From an uncultured virus (IMG/VR IMGVR_UViG_3300025446_000005) (taxonomy: Duplodnaviria; Heunggongvirae; Uroviricota; Caudoviricetes): DNA of 64,000 nucleotides. Both the position numbers and the translations under genes were made by a program. The notes under the pieces were generated by a model, which was not told the origin of the DNA, did no database searches, and saw only the letters and a program-made list of their open reading frames with translations. This document shows, one piece after another, positions 50,018 to 59,764 of the stretch. Position 1 is the first letter of the stretch. Every line of letters starts with the position of its first letter. The DNA lies in the IMG/VR virus record IMGVR_UViG_3300025446_000005. One strand, written 5' to 3'.

Positions 50018-53000
50018 TCATTCCTTCTTCTTGAGGAACTTGTCCGGTATGTGGTCCAGCATGGCGTGGATGCAGAACTCCTCCCCGTTCAGGAGCCTGA
50101 CCCACATGGGGTTGGGGCCCTTTCCGATGATTATGCTTAGCTGCCGGTCCCTTCCCCCCCTCAAGTCCCCGAGCTCGAATACCTTGGTTCCCGGTGGCGG
50201 GCTTATTGGGATGGGCTCCGGCGCTGCGGAAGGGCTGCCTGCTGCGTCCGCGGCGGGCTCGGGGATGGTAGGGACGCTCGGGACGAGGGGAAGCGCCATT
50301 TGGGGCGTTTCGAGGGCATGTCCGGCATCGCAGGCCGAGGATTCGGACATTCCCGGGGGAGGGGGGATGAAGAAGGCCCCGAGCATTTCGGGGACGGGGC
50401 GCTGTACCTCGGCGTCCAGGGGGAGGGAGCCGAGGGGCCCGAACGACAGGGCGGCGGGGTTGCGGTCGGCGAGGCCAAGCCCGTTCCTCGCCTCGTACTG
50501 TTCGAGGGTTTCCATCCCGTCTCCCTCGTCGTCCGGGACCCCGTCCAGCCTCCAGAACTCGTCCAGTTGCAGGGCAACCAGCAGGGCGGCCCTCACCGCC
50601 TTGGGGTCGGACTGCCTCGCCTTCTGCTGCCCGTCCTTCCTCCAGAAGCAATGCCATGCTGCGGCGTAGGCGCGCTTATGCAGGTTTTCCTTGAGGAAGG
50701 CGTCCGCCCTGGCCACCCTGCGCTCGTCCCCCGAGGCTATGGCCTTGATGAGGTTCCTGACGGTGCCCGCCTCCCATCCGTCCGGGAGGTAGTTCGCAAT
50801 GGCCTTGATCTTGGTCCAGGCGACGGGGACGTGGTCGTCGTCGCCCGTGACATGGTGCTCCACGTCCCACGAGATGCCGTATTCGGCATCGCATTCGATG
50901 GGCACGGGCCACTTCAGCCTCTCGTGGAGCTTGCGGAGCTTCATGATGCGGGTGACGCGGGGAACGACGAACGGCACGTACTCGTCCTTGACGGAGAAGT
51001 CGATCTCGTCGTGGACCGACACGTGGAGCATGATGACGGACTGCACCGGGGGGTCGGACTCCACCCATGTATGTATCTTGTTCAGGGACATGCGCATGAA
51101 GTCCCCCGCAAGGCCCTGGAGGGGGGCGTTGACGCTCACCCTCTGAATCTTGCCCATGAACTTGTTGTAGTCCATGCAGTTGCGGACCCCGGTATCGAGG
51201 TTCTTCCACATGGAGGAGGCGAGGTTGAAGTACTCGCTCCACGCCGAGTCCCCGGCCACCTTGAGCTCCTCGGCCTTCCTCATCAGGTCCCGGTACTTCC
51301 AGTAGTTCTTCCGCTCCTCTTCGTTCGGGACGTGGAGATGTAGGGCATCCATGGCGGACTGGAAGTTGATGACGCGACCCGTGACGGTGGTGCAGAGCAA
51401 CTGGTCCCGGGCCATGGCCTGCTTCTGCTGGCAGAACGCGAAGAACACCGGAACGCCCTTCCAGTAGTTCTCCACCATCTCCTTCGCCCGCTCCTTGGTG
51501 ATGTTGGGGTCCTGCTTCCGCATGTTCTCGTAGATGGCGTACTCGGTGCCGCCGTACAGGAGGGCAAAATTGATGATCTTGGCCAGGTCGCGGAGCTTCT
51601 TGCGGACTTCCTTGGGGGTCCTGGGGTCGTTGAACTCGGGGAACACCTTGCTGGCCGTGAGGGAGTGGAAGTCGCCTTTGCCTTCGAGGAACTCCTTGAT
51701 GAACTCGGGCTCGCCGGAGCAGTTGGCGGCCGCCCGCATCTCGATGTTTCCGTAGTCTATGGTGAAGAACGTCCAGCCGGGCGGGGAGCAGAACAGGGCG
51801 CGGAGGTTGACGACCTCGTTGGCGTCCATCTTCGCGTCCTCGATGAGGACGCCGAACTTTTCCGCACAGGTCTTGCAGCCGGGCACCAGGCAGATGGCAT
51901 ATCCCATGTACTGCCCGATGTGGTTGTGGACGATGCCCGGGGCCTTCTTGCGCATCGTCCCGCCGTCTTCCCCGACTTCCCGGAAGCAGGACGGATGCAG
52001 GTCCTCCTCGGCATGCTCCTCTATCTGGTCCTCCGGGATTTCGTCCGGCTTGAGGACGTTCCCCCGGACCTTCCACATGAGGTGGGGCTCGACCTTCTTC
52101 ACCGCCTGGGAGTTGAGCCCGAACCCCCCGTCCTTCTCGAACTCCCCGCCGGCCGACGACAGCCGCCCGCCCGCCACCACGTTCTGCTTGAGGTATATGC
52201 GCGCCGTCCCGTCCGCGGGATCGAACCTCAGGTCCGCGGGATGGAGGGCCTTGTAGTCGTTGAACTGCGAGAGGACGGAGAGGAACTCGTCGTCCGGGTA
52301 GAGCTTCTGCAGGTCCCCGATTGCCTCGGCGTCGCAGGATGCCTGGCCCGTGGGGGTCCTCCTCGTCGGCTTCCATCCCTTCACCTCGAAGAACAGCTTC
52401 TGGAGCTGCTTGTTCGACCCGGGATTGAACCTGTCCTTCTCGAAGACCTCGCCCTCGTCGGTATGGGGCTCGGGGTACCCCGCCGCTATGCCCAGGTCGT
52501 AGAGCCGCTTCTCCAGGCCCGCGATCTTCTTCTGGTGCCCCCTGACCGTGCGGGCATGGCGCTCAGTGTCTATGATGAACCTCTGCCTTTCGATCCAGGC
52601 GATGGTGTCGACGAGCTCGTGGTCTATCCTGTGGACGGTCCTCCTCGTCCTTGCCAGGGCATGCATCTTTTCCCACAGCATCCAGGTGCAGATGGCGTCC
52701 GATGCGGCGTACCACAGGGCCAGATCGACCGGGACCCACGAGAACGGGACGTAATGGAACTTGAGCCCGTGCTTCCTTTCCTTCTTCTGTTCCGCGGAGC
52801 ATTGGCAGAATGCCGTCCCGGTGAGGGGGCAAGTCTCGGCCCTGACCCTGGCGATATCTTCGAGCTCGATCTGCTCTATGCCGAGGATGTTCTTGGAGAC
52901 CGCCTTCAGGCCCCCGGCATCCCCCGTGTAGAAGCTCTTGTCCTCAAGGTCGGCCTTGGGGTCGTTGATGTAGGCCAGCACCTGCACGTCCTCGAAGAAC

Positions 53001-53596
53001 GGGTAGGGCCTGAAAACGATTCCGAGCGTGAGGCGCATGACCTCGCGGTCGAACTTCCCGTTGTAGAAGACCAGATGGCATTGGTCGAACAGCCGCTGGA
53101 GGATTCCGTCGCATGCCGCCCGGTCGAGGACCTTGGCGGCGATGCCGAGGCCGATGTCCTGGAACTCGTGGTTGAGGGGGATGTAGACGCCCTTGATCCC
53201 ATCGGCCGAAAGGCATATTCCGGCGACGTCCGTCTTGACCTCGTAGAACTGCTTGTAGGAGCCATCGGGAAGCCTGCGAAGCCTCACGAACAGGCGGGTG
53301 TCGAGGCCGAGGGTTTCCGTGTCCACGGCGACCACGGGGGACGTATGCCCGTAGAACTCGAAGCGGGGGGCGTTGGCGATTACGTCGTCGGCCCACGACT
53401 GGAGGGCCTCCGGCGTGTCCAGGATGCAGAAGGCCTTGGTGCTCATCCAGGGCTTCCTGACCTTGGACACCCCCCCTTCGGCGGCCAGGGAGGCGAGGCG
53501 CTCGCGGAACACGCTCCTTATGTCCCTGGGCTTCGTGACCTTCTTCTTGGCCTTCTTGAGGTCCTTGGAGGTCACGTTTTCAAGGCTCGCCTTCAT
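50018..53596 (-). CDS. polA: family A DNA polymerase with a 3'-5' exonuclease domain
   Basis: VDTETLG, YNGKFD, YAASD (Exo I-III); GGRLSS; IDYGNIEMR (motif A); RDLAKIINFALLYG (B); NAPLQG; VHDEI (C). Confidence 0.93.
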   Translation of the reverse strand: MKASLENVTSKDLKKAKKKVTKPRDIRSVFRERLASLAAEGGVSKVRKPWMSTKAFCILDTPEALQSWADDVIANAPRFEFYGHTSPVVAVDTETLGLDTRLFVRLRRLPDGSYKQFYEVKTDVAGICLSADGIKGVYIPLNHEFQDIGLGIAAKVLDRAACDGILQRLFDQCHLVFYNGKFDREVMRLTLGIVFRPYPFFEDVQVLAYINDPKADLEDKSFYTGDAGGLKAVSKNILGIEQIELEDIARVRAETCPLTGTAFCQCSAEQKKERKHGLKFHYVPFSWVPVDLALWYAASDAICTWMLWEKMHALARTRRTVHRIDHELVDTIAWIERQRFIIDTERHARTVRGHQKKIAGLEKRLYDLGIAAGYPEPHTDEGEVFEKDRFNPGSNKQLQKLFFEVKGWKPTRRTPTGQASCDAEAIGDLQKLYPDDEFLSVLSQFNDYKALHPADLRFDPADGTARIYLKQNVVAGGRLSSAGGEFEKDGGFGLNSQAVKKVEPHLMWKVRGNVLKPDEIPEDQIEEHAEEDLHPSCFREVGEDGGTMRKKAPGIVHNHIGQYMGYAICLVPGCKTCAEKFGVLIEDAKMDANEVVNLRALFCSPPGWTFFTIDYGNIEMRAAANCSGEPEFIKEFLEGKGDFHSLTASKVFPEFNDPRTPKEVRKKLRDLAKIINFALLYGGTEYAIYENMRKQDPNITKERAKEMVENYWKGVPVFFAFCQQKQAMARDQLLCTTVTGRVINFQSAMDALHLHVPNEEERKNYWKYRDLMRKAEELKVAGDSAWSEYFNLASSMWKNLDTGVRNCMDYNKFMGKIQRVSVNAPLQGLAGDFMRMSLNKIHTWVESDPPVQSVIMLHVSVHDEIDFSVKDEYVPFVVPRVTRIMKLRKLHERLKWPVPIECDAEYGISWDVEHHVTGDDDHVPVAWTKIKAIANYLPDGWEAGTVRNLIKAIASGDERRVARADAFLKENLHKRAYAAAWHCFWRKDGQQKARQSDPKAVRAALLVALQLDEFWRLDGVPDDEGDGMETLEQYEARNGLGLADRNPAALSFGPLGSLPLDAEVQRPVPEMLGAFFIPPPPGMSESSACDAGHALETPQMALPLVPSVPTIPEPAADAAGSPSAAPEPIPISPPPGTKVFELGDLRGGRDRQLSIIIGKGPNPMWVRLLNGEEFCIHAMLDHIPDKFLKKKE

Positions 53597-54282
53597 GATT
53601 GCTCATTACTGCCCCGTTCCACTTTCCTGTCGGCAATGGAGGAAAGCTTGTCCTTTCCCAGGGCCCTGGCAAGCTCCAGGGCCGCCTGGAGGTGCAGGTC
53701 CCCGGGGTTTCCCTCGGGGTCCTTCTCCGCGGCGCTGGCGGCCTTTTCGAGGCCGAGGGCGGTGAAGTATATGCGGATGTAGTCCTCCGCGAGCTCCGGG
53801 TCGCGGACGTTCTGCACTTCCCGGCCGGCCTTGACTATGAAGGGCTCCGCCAGGTCCCAGAAGCCCAGCAGGGTTTCCTCCTCGTCCTCCTCGCCCTCCA
53901 GAGGAACGTCCGAGAGGCGGGGGAGCCCCCACTTCTTTTCGAGCCATTGGAGGGCCTGGACGCGGCTTATCTCCATGTACTTCGACGCGAATATGACGGA
54001 GTCGTAGTACATCTTGCCGGGCGGGCACCCGAAGCAGTAGGCGTCGTTGGTCCTGTTGTAGAGGGTGAAGGAGGGGCGGGAATCCTTGCCGTGGAAGGGG
54101 CAACGGATGACGCTGTCCCTGCGCCCCGTGAGCTCGAAGACCACGTCGTCGAAGCGTATGACGTCCCTGGCGCGCTCCCACCTCTCGGGGTTTATCCCGT
54201 TGGCCCCGGAACGGTAGAGCTTCCGGACGGACTCGCGCTCGAAGTCGAGCTCCTCGATTGGCGGAAGCTGCTCTTCTCCCAT
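53593..54282 (-). CDS. primase CHC2 Zn-binding domain protein (stand-alone)
   Basis: CPFHGKDSRPSF....AYCFGC...DSVIF......SRVQALQWL; no TOPRIM motifs. Confidence 0.8.
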   Translation of the reverse strand: MGEEQLPPIEELDFERESVRKLYRSGANGINPERWERARDVIRFDDVVFELTGRRDSVIRCPFHGKDSRPSFTLYNRTNDAYCFGCPPGKMYYDSVIFASKYMEISRVQALQWLEKKWGLPRLSDVPLEGEEDEEETLLGFWDLAEPFIVKAGREVQNVRDPELAEDYIRIYFTALGLEKAASAAEKDPEGNPGDLHLQAALELARALGKDKLSSIADRKVERGSNEQS

Positions 54283-54300
54283 TGTCCGACCTGTTGTGGG

Positions 54301-54609
54301 CTATGCTTTTTGGGCGTTCCCGAACTCGATCTCGAAGCCATCAACCCCTTCGTTGAGCACGCCCACCAAGGTGAGGGTTTCCGCTTGGGTTTTTGCCAGC
54401 TCCCAGAATGCGTCCGAGATTTCTTTCTTTTCCGGGACTTTCCCTACCTCCACAACCTTTGTTGGTCGTTTGGTCTTGAAATCCACATATTCGTCAGCAA
54501 GCAGCTTGTCCGAGAAAGTGACGACGCCCACCGTAGAATCCTTGTAGGTCAGATGGACTTCATACTTTTTGCTGGAGTTTTTCTTGCAGTCAACACTTGT
54601 AAATTCCAC
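54301..54609 (-). CDS. hypothetical protein
   Basis: AGGAGG RBS, GTG start, AT-richer than its flanks. Confidence 0.55.
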   Translation of the reverse strand: MEFTSVDCKKNSSKKYEVHLTYKDSTVGVVTFSDKLLADEYVDFKTKRPTKVVEVGKVPEKKEISDAFWELAKTQAETLTLVGVLNEGVDGFEIEFGNAQKA

Positions 54610-54657
54610 AAATTCCTCCTTTGCCCTTCTTTCTTTTCCATCCCATCTAAAAACGAA

Positions 54658-54858
54658 TCAATCCTCGAACCCGTGCTGGACCGGCGTCCAGGGAGGAGGG
54701 TAGGGTACCGTGCCCTTCCCTTTCATCCATTTCTTGGCCCTTTCCTCGGTGTCGAAGCTGATCGCCTCGTACGGATCGCACGTCGGATACGTCCCGCGCG
54801 AGGCGTACACCGGGCAGGGCGTGGACCCTATGTATTCCACCAGCCATCTGGATATCAT
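54658..54858 (-). CDS. small hypothetical protein
   Basis: ATGA overlap with the upstream gene. Confidence 0.5.
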   Translation of the reverse strand: MISRWLVEYIGSTPCPVYASRGTYPTCDPYEAISFDTEERAKKWMKGKGTVPYPPPWTPVQHGFED

Positions 54859-55151
54859 TCTCCCTCCAGCACCTTTTCGTATTCCAGGAGCAGGGCCTCC
54901 CCCTTGGAGAGGGTTTCCATGAGGCCCAGCATCTCGGTTTCGAGCTTCTTCTTCGTGTCCTCGGCCAGGCGCTGCAGGTCGTCCTCGGAGAGGGCTTCCG
55001 GGGACTCGATGCCGAGCTGCCGCAGGTTGTCGTATACCTGCTTGAGCTTCTGCTCCTCTATCCCGGCGTCCCGGATGGCCTGGTCCCGCTTGCCCGCCAG
55101 GACCTTGACCCTGGCCTGCGCATCCTTCAACTGCTGCTGAATGTCCGCCAT
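54855..55151 (-). CDS. small coiled-coil protein
   Basis: Heptad-rich 98 aa, GGAGG RBS. Confidence 0.6.
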   Translation of the reverse strand: MADIQQQLKDAQARVKVLAGKRDQAIRDAGIEEQKLKQVYDNLRQLGIESPEALSEDDLQRLAEDTKKKLETEMLGLMETLSKGEALLLEYEKVLEGE

Positions 55152-55187
55152 TTGCCCGCCTCCGCTTTCGCTACTTCAGGTCAATAC

Positions 55188-56501
55188 TCAGCGACCGAAA
55201 ACTTTTTGACCTTGTTCGCCGCATACCGGGCACGCCAAATAGCCCCCGCACACGTCGCACTTGGGCCTCGCCGTGCCTCCGGATGCCTTGCTGGCCGCGG
55301 CCCTTCTCCGTTCCTCCTCGGCCTCCCTGACCCCCTGCTCGATTTCCCTGAGCCCCCGTCCGGCCTCCTCAAGCTCCTTCCCCGCCTTCTCCAGCTCGGA
55401 TTCCCCGGATTGGAACGCGGCCCTGAGCGACCGGGCGTCCCTGACGGAGCCCGCGAGGTCGAGGTAGTCGACGGCGGGGTTGAGAAACGACTCGGCCTCC
55501 TTGAGGACGGAGCTCAGCAGGTCGGCATGCTTCCTGGGACCTGCCTCCTTCTTCCTCGCCTCCGAGAGGGCCAGCAGGCCGCGGAGGAGCTTGTAGGCAC
55601 CCACCGAGGACTCCCATGCGGCCAGGGCCTGGTCCAGGGATGCCCCGAAGCCTGCCAGGAAGGCGATCCTGGAGGCGCAGGCGTGCGCCTGGGCCAGCAG
55701 CCCGTCCTTGCGGTGCAGCCTCTCTGCCCCGGACGCGTCGGGGACCTGCAGGGGGGAGAGGATTTCCCCGAGGCGGCGTACCCTTGCCGCCTTGCGGAGG
55801 GCCTCGGCGACGAAGGACAGCAGGGACTCGCACCGCCCGGCCCCGGACTCGAAGCCGTCCACCAGGACGAGCGCCTGCCCGGACGCCTCCGCAAGCCGGG
55901 CGAGGGCCGCCTTGCGCTCCTCCGCCTCCCTGATCTCCTCGGCCAGGGTCTTGGCCTCGGCGTTGCGCTGGGTGATGCGGAGGTTGGCCTCCTTCTTTCC
56001 GGCGTCAAGCTTTTCCGTGCTCGAAAACGCGCCGAGGACCGCGTTGACCTCGTTGGGCTTCCAGCGCTCGGGGTCGATGAGGAACTGCGCCCTGTTCTGC
56101 TCGGAGAATATCGGGTCGATGGTGGTGCCCCCGACCTGGACCTCCCCGAACCTCAGCTTTTCCACGGGCTCGGGAACCTTAAGCTGGAGGGAGGCGAAGG
56201 GGCTGCCGTCGACGACGTACTTCGAGGATCCCTTGCGGGGGCGGGTGGCCCTTATGACGTGCCCGTCCGTCTCGACGGTGACTTCCAGGGGCCCGGGCTG
56301 CCCGTCCTTGACGAACCCTGCGGGAAGGTCGTTGCGGAGCGCCCCCTTGAGGCTCCGGAACACGGAGCTCTTCCCCCGGTTCGAGGGCCCGACGATGAGC
56401 GTCAGGCCCTCGATGACCATCGAGAATTCGTCCCATGGCTGGAAGTTCCTGCCCGTCAGCTTCACAAGTTTCCTATGGCGTCGTCCCGGTGCGGTCGGCA
56501 T
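55188..56501 (-). CDS. SbcC/Rad50-like ATPase, N-terminal half ending in CxxC motifs (likely start GTG 56465)
   Basis: LTGRNFQ, LTLIVGPSNRGKSS (Walker A), FSEQ (Q-loop), long coiled coil, terminal CDVCGGYLACPVCG; no signature or Walker B. Confidence 0.8.
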   Translation of the reverse strand: MPTAPGRRHRKLVKLTGRNFQPWDEFSMVIEGLTLIVGPSNRGKSSVFRSLKGALRNDLPAGFVKDGQPGPLEVTVETDGHVIRATRPRKGSSKYVVDGSPFASLQLKVPEPVEKLRFGEVQVGGTTIDPIFSEQNRAQFLIDPERWKPNEVNAVLGAFSSTEKLDAGKKEANLRITQRNAEAKTLAEEIREAEERKAALARLAEASGQALVLVDGFESGAGRCESLLSFVAEALRKAARVRRLGEILSPLQVPDASGAERLHRKDGLLAQAHACASRIAFLAGFGASLDQALAAWESSVGAYKLLRGLLALSEARKKEAGPRKHADLLSSVLKEAESFLNPAVDYLDLAGSVRDARSLRAAFQSGESELEKAGKELEEAGRGLREIEQGVREAEEERRRAAASKASGGTARPKCDVCGGYLACPVCGEQGQKVFGR

Positions 56502-57843
56502 CGTCCAAATCTATGCTTTCGCCGGGGACGGCGGCCTCCTCCTTGAAGTCCTCCTCGTCGTCGAGGGGGGCGTACTCCTCGTTGACGATCTTCTCCAGGG
56601 AGGCGATTTCCTCCTGCGGGCCGCTCCACTTGAAGCGCCCGCTGTCGTCCGACTTGATGGCCTCCACGATCAGTGCCCGCAGCTTCCCCAGCACCTCTGG
56701 GTCCTCCTTGACGACGAGCGCCTCGACGAGTTCCGTCTTGCTGGCATAGGAGGCGAAGCCCTCCTCCGCCGACTTGCCGACGAACCACCGCTTCTTGTCG
56801 AACCCGATGTAGCCGTAGGCGCATCCGAGCTCCCGGATGCTCATGTTCTCGTCGATCCCGAAATTGGGGCGGATGTAGATGTGCCCCTCGCGGAAGCCCA
56901 TCCCCGTGACCTTGTTCTTGAGCGAGCGCACCCTGACCCGGTTGGCGGTCGGGTAGTTCTTCAGCACGGCCCCCTTGGGCTGGACGAGCAGCCATTTCTC
57001 CTTCTCGTCGGGGATGCTCTTCCATTCCCACGGGCGGACCTCGTTCTCCAGGGTGAGCTCCAGCATCACGCTGGGCGTGAACCTGGCCTCCCTCCCGCCC
57101 GGAAGGGAGTAGATGCGGTTCGTGTAGCTCCACTTGCTGGCGTTGTCGGCATCCTCGTCGATGCGGTCCCTGGTCTGGTTCACCATCAGGAGCGAGCCAT
57201 CGTACTCCAGGAGCCACGGGTGCAGCATGTGGTAGAAGCCCTTGATGCCCTTGGCATGGCCCCCGTAGCTGCTCTTGAAGGCCCGCCCGCTCTCGAAGTC
57301 CTTGCGGGGGATCTTGGTCTCCATGTAGGGGATGGAGTCGTTCACGAACAGGCGCACGCCGAAGTCGGCCATGAGCTGCACGTGCCGCTTGATGGCGTCC
57401 TGGAGGCTGGTCGGCTGCTCGAAGAAGCACAGGCTGGGATCCACCCCCAGCGTCCAGGCGTAGGTGGCGGAAGCGCCCGGCTCGTACTCGAAGATGGCGA
57501 TGGGCTCCTGCATGACCCTCTGGTACTGGGCGGCGATGCAGAGGGCCGTGGTGGTCTTCCCCGCCCCCTCGTCCCCGTGGACCTGCGTGACCCGGGCATG
57601 GCGGGGGAGGCCCCCGAGGCTCAGGACGTGATCCAGGACGATGTTCCCGTAGGGCACCAGCTCCTCCCTGAAGTCCTTGTCGAGGATGCGATAGTCGTCC
57701 TTGACCTCCTTCCTCGCCTCCAGGAACATCTCGCGCCGCTGGGCGGGGGTCCAAAGCCGGGGGTCCGACGACGGACCCTTCTCCCTGGCCTTCTCCGCCT
57801 TCTTGACCCCTGCCTTGCCCTTTGCCTTCTCCTTGTTCTTCAT
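56473..57843 (-). CDS. recA: RecA/UvsX-family recombinase
   Basis: LDHVLSLGGLPR..VTQVHGDEGAGKTT, LGVD, VNDSI, MVNQTRDRI, PGGREARF, VRSLKNKV. Confidence 0.88.
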   Translation of the reverse strand: MKNKEKAKGKAGVKKAEKAREKGPSSDPRLWTPAQRREMFLEARKEVKDDYRILDKDFREELVPYGNIVLDHVLSLGGLPRHARVTQVHGDEGAGKTTTALCIAAQYQRVMQEPIAIFEYEPGASATYAWTLGVDPSLCFFEQPTSLQDAIKRHVQLMADFGVRLFVNDSIPYMETKIPRKDFESGRAFKSSYGGHAKGIKGFYHMLHPWLLEYDGSLLMVNQTRDRIDEDADNASKWSYTNRIYSLPGGREARFTPSVMLELTLENEVRPWEWKSIPDEKEKWLLVQPKGAVLKNYPTANRVRVRSLKNKVTGMGFREGHIYIRPNFGIDENMSIRELGCAYGYIGFDKKRWFVGKSAEEGFASYASKTELVEALVVKEDPEVLGKLRALIVEAIKSDDSGRFKWSGPQEEIASLEKIVNEEYAPLDDEEDFKEEAAVPGESIDLDDADRTGTTP

Positions 57844-57856
57844 GTCAGTTCCTCCC

Positions 57857-58384
57857 TTAGCACGGATGCTGGCCTTCTCTCCCAGCGGAGACAATACCGT
57901 AATGGGCCAGCAGGAGGGCATCCGCCCTCCCGATGTCCTTCTTCCTGGACAGTTGGGATGCCACCTGGGGATAGAGCTGGATCGCCCGCTGCCTGGCGGC
58001 GTCCTTCTCCTTGGGCATGTCCATCATGACTGCCTTCTTCCACGTCACCGGGCTGACCAACGTATAGGGGACCTTCAGGGCGGCGAGCATGCCCCTCCAC
58101 AGCCCATATCCCATGCCGAAGTTGAACGTGGAGGACACGCCCTGGTCCGGCATGGCCGACACCCTCTCCAGGATACAGGAAGTCTCCGCCTCCAGCGTGG
58201 AGAACTCGGACAGGACGGAGGCCATGGACGCCTCGTTGTACTCGTGCCTTATTTTCTTCCCCGACTTGACCTCGAACAGCAGCGGGTCGTACAGGCGGAT
58301 GTCTTTATTTCCGTCATCCAGGACCCGGATCATGGCCAGGCATCCGGTCTGCCCGGGGTCAATGCCGAGGAACGTTTTTCCCAT
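57857..58384 (-). CDS. RuvC-like Holliday junction resolvase
   Basis: FLGIDPGQTG, ILERV, STFNFGMGYG, VSPVTWKK, RADALLLAHY. Confidence 0.85.
   Translation of the reverse strand: MGKTFLGIDPGQTGCLAMIRVLDDGNKDIRLYDPLLFEVKSGKKIRHEYNEASMASVLSEFSTLEAETSCILERVSAMPDQGVSSTFNFGMGYGLWRGMLAALKVPYTLVSPVTWKKAVMMDMPKEKDAARQRAIQLYPQVASQLSRKKDIGRADALLLAHYGIVSAGREGQHPC
57890..57899 (-). promoter_or_regulatory. CGGTATTGTC motif upstream of recA
   Basis: Identical to the copies at 42416 and 60204. Confidence 0.45.
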
Positions 58385-58585
58385 TGGGTTTTCGGCCCTC
58401 CCATCCGCGAGGTAGCAGCCCCCCGCCCCGCCTCCCGCATCCCTCGCAGGGATGGCTGATGTGGCTCAGGCATCCCGGATGCCCGCACGGCTCCCCGGGA
58501 CGGTATTTCTCGGGCGTCAACCATGGGTCTGGAAGTTGCGGCGGGATTTCCTTGGGCTTCTTCATTTCAGTGGGCCGAGGAAGGC

Positions 58586-58861
58586 TCATGCATGCCCGTG
58601 CGTGAGCCTTTTTGCGATGTTTCCCGCATGCGCCGCAAGCCATCCGTTGCTCAGCAGGCAGGGGAGATCGTCGATGCTCTCCACCTCCGACATGATCTCC
58701 TCGACCGCCCCGGAAGGGAGCTTGTCCCGCATGAGGAGGTAGAGGAAGACCACCAGCCTGGAGTCGGCCTCCCGGTCCCCGCTGTTGTAGGCCATGCCTG
58801 CTTGTGCCGTGCTCAGCCCCTTCACGGAGACATCGGAAATCGAGCGGCAGTCTATTGCCAT
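58586..58861 (-). CDS. hypothetical protein
   Basis: AAGGAG RBS; LVVFLYLLMRDKLP.G.VE...LSNGWLA. Confidence 0.55.
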   Translation of the reverse strand: MAIDCRSISDVSVKGLSTAQAGMAYNSGDREADSRLVVFLYLLMRDKLPSGAVEEIMSEVESIDDLPCLLSNGWLAAHAGNIAKRLTHGHA

Positions 58862-58873
58862 GCTATGCTCCTT

Positions 58874-59764
58874 CTACAAATCCTCAATGTTGTCGAGGTT
58901 CGCCTCCGCCGCGCCTGCGGCGGCCCCGGCGAGCAGCGCCTTCCATTCGAGGAGAGTGGCCTTCTTCCCAAGCCTCCTGAACAGCTTCTTGCCGCCGTCC
59001 GCGATGAACTTCTGGGCCGCAGCCTCGACTTCCTTGGCCAGGGCGGGGTCCAGCTTCCAGTTCGCCTTGCGGGCCTTGATGTTGAACTCGTACTTGTTGC
59101 CGTTGAGCGCCATCACGATGTCGTAGTCGTAGACGCTCGTCCCTTCCTCGGGGAGCGAGGAGACGGAGCGGAAGTTGGGACGGGAGAAGTCCACGAATCC
59201 GATCTTCCACTCGATGGGGGGCGTCTTCCCGTCGGGCAGCTTGCGGTTCCCGCTTCTCGGGTCCACGTTGGTGTATTCCAGGGCCAGGGCGATGACGTGG
59301 TAGCGCCCCTCCTCGTCCAGCTTCTGGCAGCAGAAGGCCGGTTCGCCCTGCTCGCTAAGGCAGAGCACCTGCCTCTTGCCTTCCTTGGTCGTCACGAAGT
59401 GACTGCGGTGCCCCCTGGGCTTGATGAACGGCAGGAGCGCGAACCGCACGACCTTGTCGCTCTTCCTTTCGGGGCGGATGCGTTCGAGCCCGTCGCCCTT
59501 CTTCATGAGCTCGGTGTCGCCCCATTCCACCTCGTCTCCCACCGGGTTGCCGTCCTTGCCGCCGCCCTTGGTGGCGGGGGCGGGAAGGTCAATGTCTTCC
59601 TCTGTGGATGCCTTGGCGGATGCCTGAGGAGGAGGCGGGGCCGCCTGCGGCGGTGTCTGGGGTGCTGGAGGCGGGGCCACTGGGGCCGGTGACGGCGCAG
59701 CGGCGGGGGGCTTGCTGGGGACGATGTCATTGAGTTCGTCGTCTACGTCGGAAAATTGTTTCAT
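58874..59764 (-). CDS. probable single-stranded DNA-binding protein (gp32-like)
   Basis: VRFALLP...H...C...CC putative Zn site, YDIVM...KYEF, acidic C-terminal tail (NLDNIEDL); sits beside recA and ruvC-like genes. Confidence 0.55.
   Translation of the reverse strand: MKQFSDVDDELNDIVPSKPPAAAPSPAPVAPPPAPQTPPQAAPPPPQASAKASTEEDIDLPAPATKGGGKDGNPVGDEVEWGDTELMKKGDGLERIRPERKSDKVVRFALLPFIKPRGHRSHFVTTKEGKRQVLCLSEQGEPAFCCQKLDEEGRYHVIALALEYTNVDPRSGNRKLPDGKTPPIEWKIGFVDFSRPNFRSVSSLPEEGTSVYDYDIVMALNGNKYEFNIKARKANWKLDPALAKEVEAAAQKFIADGGKKLFRRLGKKATLLEWKALLAGAAAGAAEANLDNIEDL

Noticed and set aside
50018..53596. Intein in PolA
   Set aside because: The insertions are short and lack C/S-start, HN-end and LAGLIDADG motifs.
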